NCBI RefSeq assembly: GCF_964355755.1
Contig: NC_092673.1
Location: 20,209,648-20,273,647 of the forward strand
Length of the DNA stretch: 64,000 nucleotides
Source: Antedon mediterranea
Lineage: Eukaryota > Animalia > Echinodermata
Direction: 5' to 3'
Shown in pieces: positions 62,350 to 64,000 of the stretch. The notes under the pieces were generated by a model. The model was not told where the DNA came from, searched no databases, and saw only the letters and a list, made by a program, of their open reading frames with translations. The translations under genes and the position numbers were made by a program. How positions within the stretch are numbered: position 1 is the stretch's first letter; each line of letters starts with the position of its first letter.

Positions 62350-64000
62350 GGTTTTGGCCGTGGTCCTAATGAAGAACAATCTGAACCATTTTTGAAAGTC
62401 ACTAAACACATTGATTGTATTTCTTGGAATATTAACGGTATTAATAACAAATTCGCTGATTCTGACTTTATTGAGTATGTTAACAAATTTGACATAATTT
62501 GTTTTAGTGAAACATGGGATAAATATCGGAACGATTACAATATTGAAGGTTTTACTTGCATATCAAAATTACCAGATAAAACAAGTCGACATGGAAGAAA
62601 TAGTGGAGGCGTAATGGTATATTATAAATTAAATCTCGTCGTTGAAGAACTGCCAAGTGCATCGAATAACATTATTTGGTTAAGGATTACTCTATCCCCA
62701 ACCGACACTGTTGTAATCGGTTTTTTGTATAGACCACCAAGTACATCCAGTTACGCGACAACTGACTTTTTTGACATTTTATCTAACGAATATTTGCATT
62801 ACAGCTCCCAAATATCAGACATAGTATATGTAGTTGGCGACTTTAATGGTAGAACTGGTTCGGAGGACGATTACATATCTGCTGACGAAAATGACACATG
62901 GAACAATAATCTATTTCTGGAAGACAACATCCGGATTGAAAGTAGAACGAATTCTGATTGTATACTAAATTGCTACGGTAAAGATATATTAGAATTTTGC
63001 AAAGAAACTGGTATGCGAATCACAAATGGTAGAATTGATAAAGAATCATCCAGTGGTTTTACATTTATCAGTTCACAAGGTAAAAGTGTATGTGATTACC
63101 TTCTTACTAACTCAAACAACTTTAAACTAATATCTTATTTAAGAATTGATGACCGTGTTGAATCGGATCATATGCCAATTGCCTTTAGTATTCAATTCAA
63201 AGACAAAGAACACACCAAAATGATTGTCAATGAAGATAACACGTTTACCCAGAGTACGTTCAAATGGTCCAACAGTTACATTAATGCATCCAAAGTCAGA
63301 TGGGAACATGATATCATTGAAACTATTGATAATGATTTTATGAATGCTATCTCTGAAAATAAAATTGATGAGGCAGTTTCACATTTATGTAAAATTTTTG
63401 AATACGTATGTAAAGGAATTAAGTATACACAAACAAGTAAGTCTTCAACTTCTACAAAACGAAACGAATGGTTTGATAAAGATTGTAAGAACCTTAAAAT
63501 GCAGGTTAAACAATCATTAAAAAGATTTAGAATTATGCGCACTCAACCTTTTTTAAATAATTATATTCAGATAAAAAAGCAATATAAATCGCTATTAAAA
63601 TGCAAAAAAAAATAACTTTCATAAAAGAATACGCAAACAAATTATCGATTCACTCAATACAAAGGATAGCAAAACGTTTTGGATGAAGTTGAAGACAAAA
63701 CAGAAATTATCTTGCGAACTTTCTATTAATCAATGTTATATTCATTTTAAGAACCTATTTAAAAACGATGAGTCTATTGGTAGCGCTGAGTTGCCAAAAA
63801 TCACAGAATGCCAACAGAATGAAGACGATGATAATTTAGACCACGACATAACGGTGGATGAAATAAAAAAAGCATTTAATTCTCAAAATAGTGGAAAAGC
63901 TCCCGGCATTGATGGAATGAATTTTGAATTTTTGCTAAACGCCCCCAACATTATTTTTGATATTTTAAAAATTCTTTTTAACGCCATATTTTTAGTTGAA
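62350..64000 (+). CDS. LINE ORF2 (AP endonuclease into RT region; CR1/RTEX-like), +1 frameshift in A9 at ~63604-63612, runs off the window
   Basis: SWNING, FSETW, SGGV, YRPP, VGDFNGRTG, NGR, DYLL, SDH and WFDKDC, then in the shifted frame DSKTFW and KAPGIDG. Confidence 0.85.

Overview
AT-rich eukaryotic (animal) DNA made almost entirely of transposable elements. The DeuSINE-type SINE and the TE mix suggest a marine invertebrate, which is inference only. 1.7-25.3 kb looks like a 1.4-1.6 kb satellite but is a stack of two related non-autonomous Helentron/DINE-1-like families. These appear to have inserted repeatedly into a (TTTA)n pad just inside each other's 5' ends, so bodies pile up on the left and 5' heads on the right. 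25.6-36 kb is a nest of DNA transposons: a Kolobok-like TTAA element contains a P-like element with a 7-bp TSD. That element holds a 4.8-kb element with long repetitive TIRs and a degenerate HMGXB3/KDZ-type transposase plus Ulp1 protease and PHD remnants, and also a hAT MITE. 34-47.6 kb is a ~4-kb tandem duplication with MITEs, LINE debris and locally templated insertions. 48-64 kb holds a young 5'-truncated L1/Tx1 element with TSD, a Gypsy-like gag fragment, a Harbinger MITE, a truncated LINE RT, an intronless divergent Bcl-2-like ORF, and a LINE whose ORF1 and ORF2 are in frame across a single TAG. All coordinates and family calls come from reading by eye; no searches were run.
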